Shown here in pieces: positions 32,549-32,550 of a stretch of 32,550 bases of DNA. Both the position numbers and the translations under genes were made by a program. Position 1 is the stretch's first letter, and each line of letters opens with the position of its first letter. The DNA is taken from positions 1 to 32,550 of the forward strand of contig JBKKBB010000162.1 of the NCBI GenBank assembly GCA_046714395.1, read 5' to 3'. The DNA is from Candidatus Limnocylindrales bacterium. GTDB lineage: Bacteria; Chloroflexota; Limnocylindria; Limnocylindrales; CSP1-4. A model generated the notes under the pieces. It made no database searches. It was not told the origin of the DNA and saw only the letters and a program-made list of their open reading frames with translations.

Positions 32549-32550
32549 GA

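Overview
High-GC bacterial chromosomal window; gene content and promoter style suggest Actinomycetota or Chloroflexota (inference). Left to right it carries: the end of an ABC transporter gene; a 5'-decayed Cache/TM-HAMP-GAF-GAF-EAL c-di-GMP phosphodiesterase; an OsmC-family gene; an ArgR-controlled argC-J-B-R-G operon with tandem ARG boxes; a YpfJ-like zinc metallopeptidase; adenosine deaminase; a detached argH; a galactoside utilisation block (galT, DeoR regulator, sugar ABC transporter, GH2 beta-galactosidase, GH36 alpha-galactosidase, galK); an EamA remnant and an intact EamA gene; an ABC-2 exporter; and a deoC / full-length ALDH / truncated ALDH cluster. The most unusual element lies between deoC and the ALDH pair. 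It is a predicted lipoprotein ending in a Hint (Hedgehog/intein) domain that keeps the N-terminal cleavage residues but lacks the His-Asn splicing end. That is a Hedgehog-like self-cleaving surface protein architecture, preceded by its own ECF-sigma-type, apparently leaderless promoter. No rRNA, tRNA, CRISPR array, transposase or integrase was recognised.
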